From the NCBI GenBank assembly GCA_029227035.1, contig JAQXZD010000028.1, forward strand, positions 79 through 64,078: a DNA stretch of 64,000 nucleotides, given 5' to 3'. This document shows positions 20,445 to 28,398 of the stretch, in pieces (the first letter of the stretch is position 1; every line of letters begins with the position of its first letter). The stretch comes from Lachnospiraceae bacterium. Its GTDB lineage: Bacteria; Bacillota; Clostridia; Lachnospirales; Lachnospiraceae. Position numbers and translations under genes: made by a program. The notes beneath the pieces are model-generated. The model saw only the letters and a program-made list of their open reading frames with translations. It searched no databases and was not told the DNA's origin.

Positions 20445-21161
20445 ATGCGGACGGTAAAAGAGGTTAGTGAACTTACGGGAATCAGCGTGCGGGCGCTTCA
20501 TTATTATGATGCAATCGGATTATTAAAACCGACGGAGGTGACCGATGCAGGCTATCGGCTGTATGATGATACAGCTCTTTCCCGTCTGCAGAATATTTTG
20601 CTGTTTCGGGAATTACAGTTCCCGTTAAAGGAAATTAAGAAAATTCTCGACAGTCCGGAATTTAATCCGGCAGAAGTATTGGAGCAGCAGATTAAATTGT
20701 TGGAATTGCAGGAAAAACATATCCATGAAATGATTTGTTTTGCCAGGGAGATACAGGAAAAAGGAATATCGCACATGGGATTTGACGTATTTAACAGAGA
20801 TGAAATAGATGCCTATGAGAAGGAAATCAAGGAAAGATGGGGGAATACAAAGGCATATGAAGAATATTCCGTCAAAAGAAAAGATGAAAATTATGATGAA
20901 GTATCCAGGCAGTTGTTGGGGATTTTTACGGAGATAGGAGCTCTTCGGAACCATTCTCCGGAGGAAAAAGCGGTGCAGGATAAAATAGCAAAGTTACAGC
21001 AGTTTATTACAGAGCATTATTATACCTGTACAAATGAAATTTTAAATGGTCTGGGCCGGATGTATGTGGCGGATGAAAGGATGAAGAAGAATATTGACCG
21101 TGCCGGAGGGGACGGAACTGCAGAATTTACACAACAGGCAATCATGGCATATTGCTCATGA
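20445..21161 (+). CDS. MerR family regulator with TipAS-like domain (Mta type)
   Basis: MRTVKEVSELTGISVRALHYYD..GLL; C-terminal LGRMYVADER. Confidence 0.92.
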   Translation: MRTVKEVSELTGISVRALHYYDAIGLLKPTEVTDAGYRLYDDTALSRLQNILLFRELQFPLKEIKKILDSPEFNPAEVLEQQIKLLELQEKHIHEMICFAREIQEKGISHMGFDVFNRDEIDAYEKEIKERWGNTKAYEEYSVKRKDENYDEVSRQLLGIFTEIGALRNHSPEEKAVQDKIAKLQQFITEHYYTCTNEILNGLGRMYVADERMKKNIDRAGGDGTAEFTQQAIMAYCS

Positions 21162-21238
21162 ACCATAGGGAAAATGAGTCTTTTTTTGTGAAAAATATTG
21201 TGAGAATACACCCGATATGGTAAAATGATAATAAATTT

Positions 21239-21370
21239 TAAATTATTCACTTGCCGGGTGAATAGAATTCACCCCACCACACAGCCTCAGACAAAAGCTG
21301 CAAAGCAGTGGCAGGTGCGCGGAGCGCAACTGGTCTGTGGCTTGTCCATGTGGTGGACGTGAATATTTCG
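21239..21370. repeat. Structured dispersed repeat, family B, short copy
   Basis: Closely similar to 34384-34507; ends AAATTATTCAC...GTGAATATTTCG; internal hairpins. Confidence 0.85.
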
Positions 21371-21398
21371 GAGAAATAATTCCATGGAGGGATCGTAT

Positions 21399-22541
21399 AT
21401 GAAGAACGATAATTTGAGAGCAAGGATGCAAATTATTTTTGGAGCTCTGATTTTTACATTGGTCATGGCTGCGGAATTATATACTATGATTAATTATTCG
21501 GATCAATTTGTGGTGATCATTGTTCTGGGGGTTGTAAATCTGCTATTTCTCTATGTGGTAATCAGCGGAATCCTGCAGCTTATGGAGAAAAAGAATGCCA
21601 GACGGGAAGAGCAGTACGAGAGCATTTTTAAATCGGAAAAGGCTTCTTATCTTATGCTCAGAAAGTATTTTGAAGAGATTGAGCAGAAGCTGGAGCGTTT
21701 TGAGAAGGAGACCAAGATTTCAAACCAGGAGGTTGTGAATGCCCAAAAGGGAGTTGCAAAGGTAATCATTAATCGGAATCATGAGCATGCACAGGCAATG
21801 CTTCGGTCAAATGAAGAACTCGCCGGAGTGTTAAATAAGGTGCAGGTGCAGTTGGAAGACAGTGCAACAAAAGCGACAGAAAATAAGCAGGAAATAATTG
21901 ATGCACAGAAAAATGCAGAGTCGGAAAGCGTTGACAAGCTGCAGGCTGAGATAGAGAGTGTAAAGGTAGCGTTGGATACGTTGCAGCAGCATCTTGAAGA
22001 TGTTGTTAAGGAGAGCCTCGAAAAGCAGCAGGTACAAGCAGCGCCGGAACCTGAGATGGAACCGGTTCTTGAAGAAGTAGGATTGGAGCCTGAGGCAGAA
22101 ATTGAGCCGATTCTTGAAGACGTGGAGTTGGAGCCTGAGGCAGAAATCGAACCGTTCATGGAAGACATAGAGTTGGAGCCTGAACCGGAAATCGAGCCAA
22201 TTATAGAAGATGTGGGATTGGAACCAGAAGCAGAAGAGGAGCCAATTCTTGAAGACATGGGATTGGAGCCTGAGCCGGAAATCGAGCCAATTATAGAAGA
22301 TGCGGAGTTGGAGCCTGAGGCAGAGATTGAGATGCCTGATTTGTCGGATCCGAACAAAACATTAGATGAAGATGAGGTTGCTGCATTGTTTGCAAGCATG
22401 GAGGCCGATCTTGCGGCAGAGCCTGAACCTGAACCGGTGCCGGAACCGGTAGAAGACAATGGGGATTTGGATTTATCCGATCCGAATAAGCAGATGTCAC
22501 CGGATGATATAGCGAAATTGCTTGCTCAAATGGGGAACTGA
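21399..22541 (+). CDS. Membrane protein: two TM, coiled coil, acidic Glu/Pro repeats, duplicated C-terminal DLSDPNK motif
   Basis: Long ORF with RBS GGAGG; composition seen directly. Confidence 0.8.
   Translation: MKNDNLRARMQIIFGALIFTLVMAAELYTMINYSDQFVVIIVLGVVNLLFLYVVISGILQLMEKKNARREEQYESIFKSEKASYLMLRKYFEEIEQKLERFEKETKISNQEVVNAQKGVAKVIINRNHEHAQAMLRSNEELAGVLNKVQVQLEDSATKATENKQEIIDAQKNAESESVDKLQAEIESVKVALDTLQQHLEDVVKESLEKQQVQAAPEPEMEPVLEEVGLEPEAEIEPILEDVELEPEAEIEPFMEDIELEPEPEIEPIIEDVGLEPEAEEEPILEDMGLEPEPEIEPIIEDAELEPEAEIEMPDLSDPNKTLDEDEVAALFASMEADLAAEPEPEPVPEPVEDNGDLDLSDPNKQMSPDDIAKLLAQMGN
22047..22330 (+). repeat. Coding tandem repeat, about 6 x 45 bp (EPEAEIEPILEDVGL)
   Basis: Recurring TTGGAGCCTGAG... 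at a 45-bp period. Confidence 0.9.
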
Positions 22542-22544
22542 TAA

Positions 22545-22574
22545 GGAAAGAGGGACGCTTGTTCCTCTTTTTTT
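22545..22574 (+). terminator. Rho-independent terminator
   Basis: AAAGAGGGAC-GCTT-GTTCCTCTTT followed by a T run. Confidence 0.75.
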
Positions 22575-22628
22575 CTTGCATAATCGATATGATGTGTTAT
22601 ACTATTAGCGTTACAAAAAAATAGTTTA

Positions 22629-22726
22629 AGCAGAGTAGACACATGCGCGTTAAGTGCCGGGTGAACAGGGAGTTGTCATTCGGACGAAAAGAGTATCTTG
22701 CGGTGCATGAGTCGCATCCCGCTGCA
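22629..22726 (+). ncRNA. THF (tetrahydrofolate) riboswitch aptamer
   Basis: GCAGAGTAG...GCGTTAAGTG...GGGAGTT...ACGAAAAG...TTGCGG...CGCATCCCGCTGC directly upstream of folT. Confidence 0.9.
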
Positions 22727-22788
22727 TCCGAAGATAATATTATCTCCAGTTGTAGTATGATGAGGTCTGCAAAGGAGGTAATTTTTTT

Positions 22789-23370
22789 ATGAAAAAATTC
22801 GTAACTTTGTTCACCGATTCTTCAAAGGAATTTAAGTCGGTGAGAACCATCACCATTACGGCAATGCTTGCGGCGATTGCCGTGATATTGAGCCGTTTCT
22901 CCATCAATTACGGGGAATACATCCGGATTAGTTTTTCCGGAATTGCCAACGAGATTACAGCATATCTCTTTGGCCCTGTTGTAGGCGGAGTTTTTGCGGG
23001 AGTGGTGGATATTATCAACTATGTATTGAACCCGATCGGAACATTTTGCCCGCCATTGACACTGGTAAAGATTCTGGGAGGCGTAATATACGGTTGCTTT
23101 TTCTACAAAAAGAAAATTACGATAGGTCGTATCCTGTCCGCAAAGTTTGTTGCCATGCTGATTTGTAATGTGTTCCTGAATACACTCTGCCTTTCCCTTT
23201 TGTATGGAAATGCATTTATGGCTATTCTTCCGGTAAGGGCACTCAAAAATCTGATTATGTGGCCAATTGATACGGTCATTTTCTTTATCGTTTTGAAAGC
23301 ACTGGAAGGTGCAGGAATTCTTCGGATGGTGGAGAATATGAAAATAAAGGCTGTAAAGACAGAGCAGTAG
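22789..23370 (+). CDS. folT: Folate ECF transporter S component
   Basis: AMLAAIAVIL...IRISF...LFGP..GG...DII; THF riboswitch upstream. Confidence 0.88.
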   Translation: MKKFVTLFTDSSKEFKSVRTITITAMLAAIAVILSRFSINYGEYIRISFSGIANEITAYLFGPVVGGVFAGVVDIINYVLNPIGTFCPPLTLVKILGGVIYGCFFYKKKITIGRILSAKFVAMLICNVFLNTLCLSLLYGNAFMAILPVRALKNLIMWPIDTVIFFIVLKALEGAGILRMVENMKIKAVKTEQ

Positions 23371-23538
23371 GGAACGTGGAACCCGAATCCGGGTACAGAC
23401 GGATTCGGGCACGGGCATCCCGTCTGTTCCGCCTTGAACGAACCGACTGATTGTAATTCTTTGGCAAGTCCGAACTCAAGCGCGGAGCTGGGAAGAATGT
23501 CTGCTGATTCATGGCAAATTGTTTCTTTCGAATATGCT

Positions 23539-23600
23539 TTTAAAAAAATTTAAAAAAATTTAAAAAAACGCTTGCAATTTTTATATGTGTATTATATAAT
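23539..23600 (+). promoter_or_regulatory. Strong sigma-A promoter with A-tract UP element for the tRNA
   Basis: (TTTAAAAAAA)x3, TTGCAA, 17-bp spacer, TATAAT. Confidence 0.8.
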
Positions 23601-23641
23601 AACTCTTGTCGTTAGGAAAGACAAGCAAATAACTAACAAAT

Positions 23642-23714
23642 GCGCGATTAGCTCAGCTGGCAGAGCACCTGACTCTTAATCAGGGTGTCCAGGGTTCGAA
23701 CCCCTGATCGCGCA
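23642..23714 (+). tRNA. tRNA-Lys (anticodon CTT)
   Basis: Acceptor stem GCGCGAT/ATCGCGC, anticodon arm CCTGA-CTCTTAA-TCAGG, GGTTCGAA T-loop; CCA not encoded. Confidence 0.97.
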
Positions 23715-23757
23715 CTAAAAACGCAAATGGAATTTTGAAATATAACTTTTGCAAAAG

Positions 23758-23800
23758 GACCTTTGACGAAGATATGAACTTCGTCGGGGGTTTTTTTATT
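23758..23800 (+). terminator. Terminator downstream of the tRNA
   Basis: CCTTTGACGAAG...CTTCGTCGGGGG followed by a T run. Confidence 0.7.
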
Positions 23801-23867
23801 TCATGGGAAAGTTTGTCCGATACAGCAAAAGAGCCGCCCGAAGGCGGCCGTAATTTTCGTTTCATTT

Positions 23868-24509
23868 TTAGCGTGAGGCAATCAGCTTGCAGATAGGATG
23901 CCCCAGCGAGGAGAACTTTTCCTCATACTCGGTCATGATATTGCCTGCATTCATCTGGTCATCATGATGCAGATCCCGCGTCGAGGCATCAATATGCCAT
24001 CGTTCAGAAGCATCTATTTCCTCCAGTGAGAAAGTAAAGAGATCCTGATTATCCGTTTTGAACTCCAGTGAGCCATCCGGTGCTAAAAACCGGTCGTACC
24101 GCTCCAGAAACTCGTGGGAGGTCAGGCGCCGTTTGGCATGCCGGTCTTTTGGCCATGGATCTGAGAAATTCAGGTAGATGCGGGATACTTCCGACGGAGC
24201 GAAAATGTCCGGCAAATTTTTGGCATCCTCGCAGAGAAAATGCACATTTGGAAGCTGCAGCTCGTCCATTTTCTGGACAGCCCGCAGAAGAACGCTGGTA
24301 TAGCGTTCTATGCCGATATACTGGATGTCTGGATGGTTTGCAGCCATGTTCATAAGGAAGCGTCCCTTTCCCATACCAATCTCGATATGGATGGGAGCGT
24401 CACTTTGAAGAAATTGCTTCCATTGACCGCGGTATTGTGCCGGATTCTGAATACAGTATGGGCTGGAAGCAACAGCCTCGTCTGCTCCCGGAATATTACG
24501 AAGTCTCAT
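23868..24509 (-). CDS. trmB: tRNA (guanine-N7)-methyltransferase
   Basis: MRLRNIPG, IEIGMGKG, NFSDPWPKDRHAKRRL, FKTD. Confidence 0.96.
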   Translation of the reverse strand: MRLRNIPGADEAVASSPYCIQNPAQYRGQWKQFLQSDAPIHIEIGMGKGRFLMNMAANHPDIQYIGIERYTSVLLRAVQKMDELQLPNVHFLCEDAKNLPDIFAPSEVSRIYLNFSDPWPKDRHAKRRLTSHEFLERYDRFLAPDGSLEFKTDNQDLFTFSLEEIDASERWHIDASTRDLHHDDQMNAGNIMTEYEEKFSSLGHPICKLIASR

Positions 24510-24652
24510 ATTTTTACTCCTCGTCTGTTTAGTTTCATTTCCTTCTATGATAATATAAAAGCATGTTTTGGGCAAATATATTTTTCCCTTGCGGGATAAG
24601 GGATTTATGCTTATACTTGATTTATGCGAAAGGGGATATAGGGAAGAAGCAG

Positions 24653-26047
24653 ATGAAAAAGATTGGATGGAAGCAGATACTTGCAATTGTTGCAGCGTTC
24701 TGCATATTGATACAGGAACCGCTGACGGTGAAAGCGGATGAATACTGGCCGGATGGCCCTAAAACAGAGTCGGAAAGTGCTGTTGTCATGGAGGTAAATA
24801 CCGGAACCATACTTTATGAGAAGAAGAGTCATAAAAAGCAGTATCCGGCGAGCATTACAAAGATTATGACGGTACTTCTTGCCATAGAAAACTGTGATAT
24901 GGACGAGATAGTGACCTTTTCCGCGGATGCCGTATTTAAAAATGAAGGAGACACTTCTCATATTGCGAGAAATCTGGAAGAGAAGCTGACCATGGAGCAA
25001 TGCCTGTATGCGGTTATGTTGGAATCGGCAAATGAATGTGCCTATGCGGTGGCGGAACATGTAGGACAGAAGCTGGGAGGCGATTATCAGACCTTTATTG
25101 ACCTGATGAATCAGAGAGCGCAGGAGCTTGGATGTAAGGATACGCATTTTAACAATTGTAACGGACTCCCGGATGAGGAGCATTATGTCAGCGCATATGA
25201 TATGGCGCTGATATCCATGGAAGCATACAAGAATGAGACGTTTCGTGTGATTGCTGGCTCGGCGAATTATACCATTCCAAAGACCAATAAGTGTAAGGAG
25301 GAATATCCTTGTCACAATCATCATAAGATGATTTACCCGTACAGAGGGGATGCTTCCCATCTGTATGAATACTGCACAGGCGGAAAAACAGGCTATACAA
25401 ATGCGGCAAGAAATACGCTGGTGTCCTTTGCGGAGAAAGACGGAATCACACTGGTTTGTGTGGTGATGAAGGCAGAGACGCCTTCCCATTATACGGATAC
25501 AAGGCGGTTGTTTGATTATTGCTTTGAGAATTTTCAAGTGCTTAATGTGGCGGAGAATGACACGAGTCTGGATACTTCCGGGAAGAAATATGGTCTGTTG
25601 AATCTGAATGAGCCTTATGTCAAGCTGGAAGATCATGCCTATATTATTATGCCGAAAGCGGCCAAATTCACGGATGCTGTCGCGGAAGAGAAGCAGGTAA
25701 ACGAGGATGGCATAGTAGCAAGGATTCAGTATACTTACGCAGATCATGTGGTTGGCAATGTCGGAATTGTCAAGACCGGTGCGAAAGTGGAAGAGAATTA
25801 TTTTGAAAAGCAGAAAGAGGAACAGACAGACGGTGCCGGAAAAGTGATTCTGATTAAGCCAAAAGTGATTTTTCTGGTGGTGCTGATGCTGGGACTTTTG
25901 GCGATTCTCATTTATGCCGGAAAAAAACTGTACGATAACTTCTATGTGATTCGCCATAAGATTGAGGTTAAGAAAATCGATAAAGAGCGTTTCCGAACCA
26001 ATGACCGGAAGAAGAGAAGACGAAGACGCGACCGCATGTTTAAATAG
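24653..26047 (+). CDS. D-alanyl-D-alanine carboxypeptidase (peptidase S11)
   Basis: PASITK, SAN, GGKTG; signal peptide and C-terminal TM. Confidence 0.92.
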   Translation: MKKIGWKQILAIVAAFCILIQEPLTVKADEYWPDGPKTESESAVVMEVNTGTILYEKKSHKKQYPASITKIMTVLLAIENCDMDEIVTFSADAVFKNEGDTSHIARNLEEKLTMEQCLYAVMLESANECAYAVAEHVGQKLGGDYQTFIDLMNQRAQELGCKDTHFNNCNGLPDEEHYVSAYDMALISMEAYKNETFRVIAGSANYTIPKTNKCKEEYPCHNHHKMIYPYRGDASHLYEYCTGGKTGYTNAARNTLVSFAEKDGITLVCVVMKAETPSHYTDTRRLFDYCFENFQVLNVAENDTSLDTSGKKYGLLNLNEPYVKLEDHAYIIMPKAAKFTDAVAEEKQVNEDGIVARIQYTYADHVVGNVGIVKTGAKVEENYFEKQKEEQTDGAGKVILIKPKVIFLVVLMLGLLAILIYAGKKLYDNFYVIRHKIEVKKIDKERFRTNDRKKRRRRRDRMFK

Positions 26048-26090
26048 ACAAAATGGATGCAGAAAGACATATATTAAGACAAAACAAAGA

Positions 26091-26129
26091 AAAAGCGACA
26101 GGATATGACAGAATATCCTGTCGCTTTTT
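26091..26129. terminator. Bidirectional terminator
   Basis: AAAAGCGACAGGATAT...ATATCCTGTCGCTTTT between convergent genes. Confidence 0.8.
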
Positions 26130-26155
26130 GAATTTAGGACATCAAAAAAGAAAGG

Positions 26156-26668
26156 CTAATTTATCAGACTATTTAAAAGCACAAGCAATTGTTTTTTGTT
26201 ATTTGTATAAAAAATCAGACCGTTTGAGGTTTCCATAATCGTAATATATTTGTCGGAAAAGGTTATGGATTCCTCCAGAAGATGGATCAGGTAGGAGCGC
26301 ATATGCGGAGGGACAGAGAGAAAAACCGTTTCCACATTCTCCATCGGATTAATCGTAACCCCGCCCTCCGAAAAGGCGCGGGAGATTTCCGTTTCCTGAT
26401 GGAACTGGTCGGTGGTCTTGTTTACAATGAAGTATCCGTTTTCATCCTTCGGCATATCCAGAGCCCGTACTGCCCGTTGGATTTGCTTGGTCAAAGCATC
26501 CGATGCCGGATAGAGGGATTCAAAATAGCTCAGGAAGTCGGATGCATTTTTGAAATGACAGTTGCTACCGTGTTGGAGAACCTCGCTCATAAGGATTCGT
26601 TTGATGATTCCCTCGCAGGTTTCCCGGGAAGGATTTTTGCGCAGTCTCTGATGATTGTTATTGTCCAT
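26156..26668 (-). CDS. Hypothetical protein, possible highly diverged ArgR-fold regulator
   Basis: 170 aa; LTKQIQRAVRALDMPKDENGYF resembles the ArgR recognition helix and wing. Confidence 0.6.
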   Translation of the reverse strand: MDNNNHQRLRKNPSRETCEGIIKRILMSEVLQHGSNCHFKNASDFLSYFESLYPASDALTKQIQRAVRALDMPKDENGYFIVNKTTDQFHQETEISRAFSEGGVTINPMENVETVFLSVPPHMRSYLIHLLEESITFSDKYITIMETSNGLIFYTNNKKQLLVLLNSLIN

Positions 26669-26699
26669 AATTCACCTCATTCGTTAAAAACGACAAAAA

Positions 26700-26730
26700 A
26701 ATATGTCCTAAGCAGAGTATAGGACATATT
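26700..26730. promoter_or_regulatory. Perfect 11-bp inverted repeat, candidate operator
   Basis: AATATGTCCTA-N9-TAGGACATATT in the divergent intergenic region. Confidence 0.6.
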
Positions 26731-26828
26731 CTGAGGGATTGCAAGGCGAATTCCGGTATTGTTTTTATTTGACGGATGGAGGTAAATATCGTAAAATAAT
26801 ACAGAAGTAAATTACCACTATATTTTTT

Positions 26829-27461
26829 ATGGAGCGGAAAATGTCGGCAAAACAAAAAAAGACGGAAGAAACCCTGGAGCGGCTGTATCAGTGGATTGAC
26901 GAAAAAGGCGGGATTGTTAAAAAAGAAGAATTTGCGGAGTTGAATATTGATTACCGAAAGATTCTTGCTTTTGTGGAATCCGGAGATATGGTCAGGATTA
27001 AAAATGGATATTATACGGACCGGAAAGACCGGTTCACGGAAGAGGAATTGATTGCAAAGCTTTTTCCGGATGCGAGACTTTGTCTGGAGAGTGCGCTGTA
27101 TGCCTATGGGTATATCAGTCAGAAGCCGTTTGCATGGCATCTTGCCGTGGACAAGAATACTTCCAAGTCACGGTTTAAGATGGATTATCCAAAGGTTATT
27201 CCTTATTATACGGAGCCGGAAGCGTTGGAACTGGGCTCTGCGTCCATTGAGTTGAACGGACTTTCTTTTCAGATATACGACAAGGAGCGCATGATTTGCG
27301 ATTGCCTGAAATATGAAGGAAAGCTGGAGCATGAGATATTTAAGGAAGCGGTGCAGTCCTATATTCGGGATGAAGAGAAGGATATTTCCAGGCTGATGGA
27401 GTATGCCCACGCGCGGAAAGTGGTCACGCGTGTGCAGAGTCTGATAGGAGTGTGGCTGTAA
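26829..27461 (+). CDS. AbiEi-like type IV antitoxin / transcriptional regulator
   Basis: GGIV...RIKNGYY wHTH, CLESALY, IYDKERMICD, RLMEYA. Confidence 0.85.
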   Translation: MERKMSAKQKKTEETLERLYQWIDEKGGIVKKEEFAELNIDYRKILAFVESGDMVRIKNGYYTDRKDRFTEEELIAKLFPDARLCLESALYAYGYISQKPFAWHLAVDKNTSKSRFKMDYPKVIPYYTEPEALELGSASIELNGLSFQIYDKERMICDCLKYEGKLEHEIFKEAVQSYIRDEEKDISRLMEYAHARKVVTRVQSLIGVWL

Positions 27462-28372
27462 TGAAGCTGGGGGGTTGCGAGACAACAGAAATCATGAAGC
27501 GAAGCAGAGAGCTTGCAATTCCGTTTGCAGATCTGCTGTGGGGATATGCCGTGGAGGATATGATGCTTCGCATTGAGCAGTCAGAATATCGGGAGTTTTT
27601 GTGGCTGGAGAGTTATCCGATATTAGGGGAGCAGGCATACAGGGAGCGGGCGGAGAGGAAGATTCACTTTTTCTATCAGGAGAGTGGGAAGTCCATGCCG
27701 CCGGAGAAGCTGTGTCCGGGGCAGACTCTGTCACAAGCTCTGGCGGAGCAGATGAAAACGGAGATATTTTCCTCGAAAAATCCGCAGGAGATTGACTGGA
27801 CGGGGACAGTAAGCGAGCAAAAAGGCTGGATTTATCTGAACATGACGGCAGAGTATTGTGATATGCGGGTGCCGCTTACCATTGCACTGCACAGCTATCA
27901 CGCGGATAACCGGAATTCGGTTCAGCGGGAGGAGGCTCTTACGGCAATTGCAGGGGAAAAGGTATCTTACCTGTTATATGCACCGGAAAGCCGGATTGGC
28001 CGGGATGTTTTTACCATAATGGAAAAGCTGGAACTGGTGGGGGATATGAGTTGTTATTATAATACCTACCGGATGCTGCACAGCCAGTCCTTAAACGGAA
28101 GATATGTCATAGAGGAGCTGGAAAGGCTGACGGAGAATTTGCCAAAGATTAAGACGAAAGAGCGTCTCGCACAGATCGAGGGATACCGCAATTATGCGTA
28201 TATGCGTAAGAGATGGGAAAAGTATCTTCGCAATCACGGGCAACAGCCGGTGCCATGGGAAGATGCACTGGATCTGATTCTGGAATTTTTAAGACCAATC
28301 TGGCACAGTTTGTGTGAGCAGTTGGTATTTTTTGATGACTGGATGCCGGAGCTGGGACGTTTTCTCGGATAG
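27452..28372 (+). CDS. Degenerate AbiEii-like nucleotidyltransferase-fold protein
   Basis: Overlaps AbiEi; Y..E.M..R...SEY.E...L N-terminus and C-terminal W..Y...FL.PI; GG and DxD motifs absent. Confidence 0.7.
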   Translation: MAVMKLGGCETTEIMKRSRELAIPFADLLWGYAVEDMMLRIEQSEYREFLWLESYPILGEQAYRERAERKIHFFYQESGKSMPPEKLCPGQTLSQALAEQMKTEIFSSKNPQEIDWTGTVSEQKGWIYLNMTAEYCDMRVPLTIALHSYHADNRNSVQREEALTAIAGEKVSYLLYAPESRIGRDVFTIMEKLELVGDMSCYYNTYRMLHSQSLNGRYVIEELERLTENLPKIKTKERLAQIEGYRNYAYMRKRWEKYLRNHGQQPVPWEDALDLILEFLRPIWHSLCEQLVFFDDWMPELGRFLG

Positions 28373-28398
28373 TGCGTTTGCGGCAGAGAGGAGAAAAG

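Noticed and set aside
22047-22330. Regular 45-bp periodicity as a possible CRISPR array
   Set aside because: Units are in-frame coding repeats with no unique spacers, and there are no cas genes in the window.
23539-23568. TTTAAAAAAA x3 as a phase-variable repeat
   Set aside because: Its position directly upstream of the tRNA -35 box fits an ordinary phased A-tract UP element.
1-23714. Accessory region as a tRNA-Lys-integrated island
   Set aside because: No integrase and no duplicated tRNA 3' end seen; core-like genes lie between the accessory block and the tRNA.
24611-25957. 448-aa antisense ORF
   Set aside because: Shadow of the carboxypeptidase gene with no recognisable motifs. The same applies to 14271-15095, 28432-29385, 31884-32930, 34424-35230, 51731-52564 and 57069-57923.
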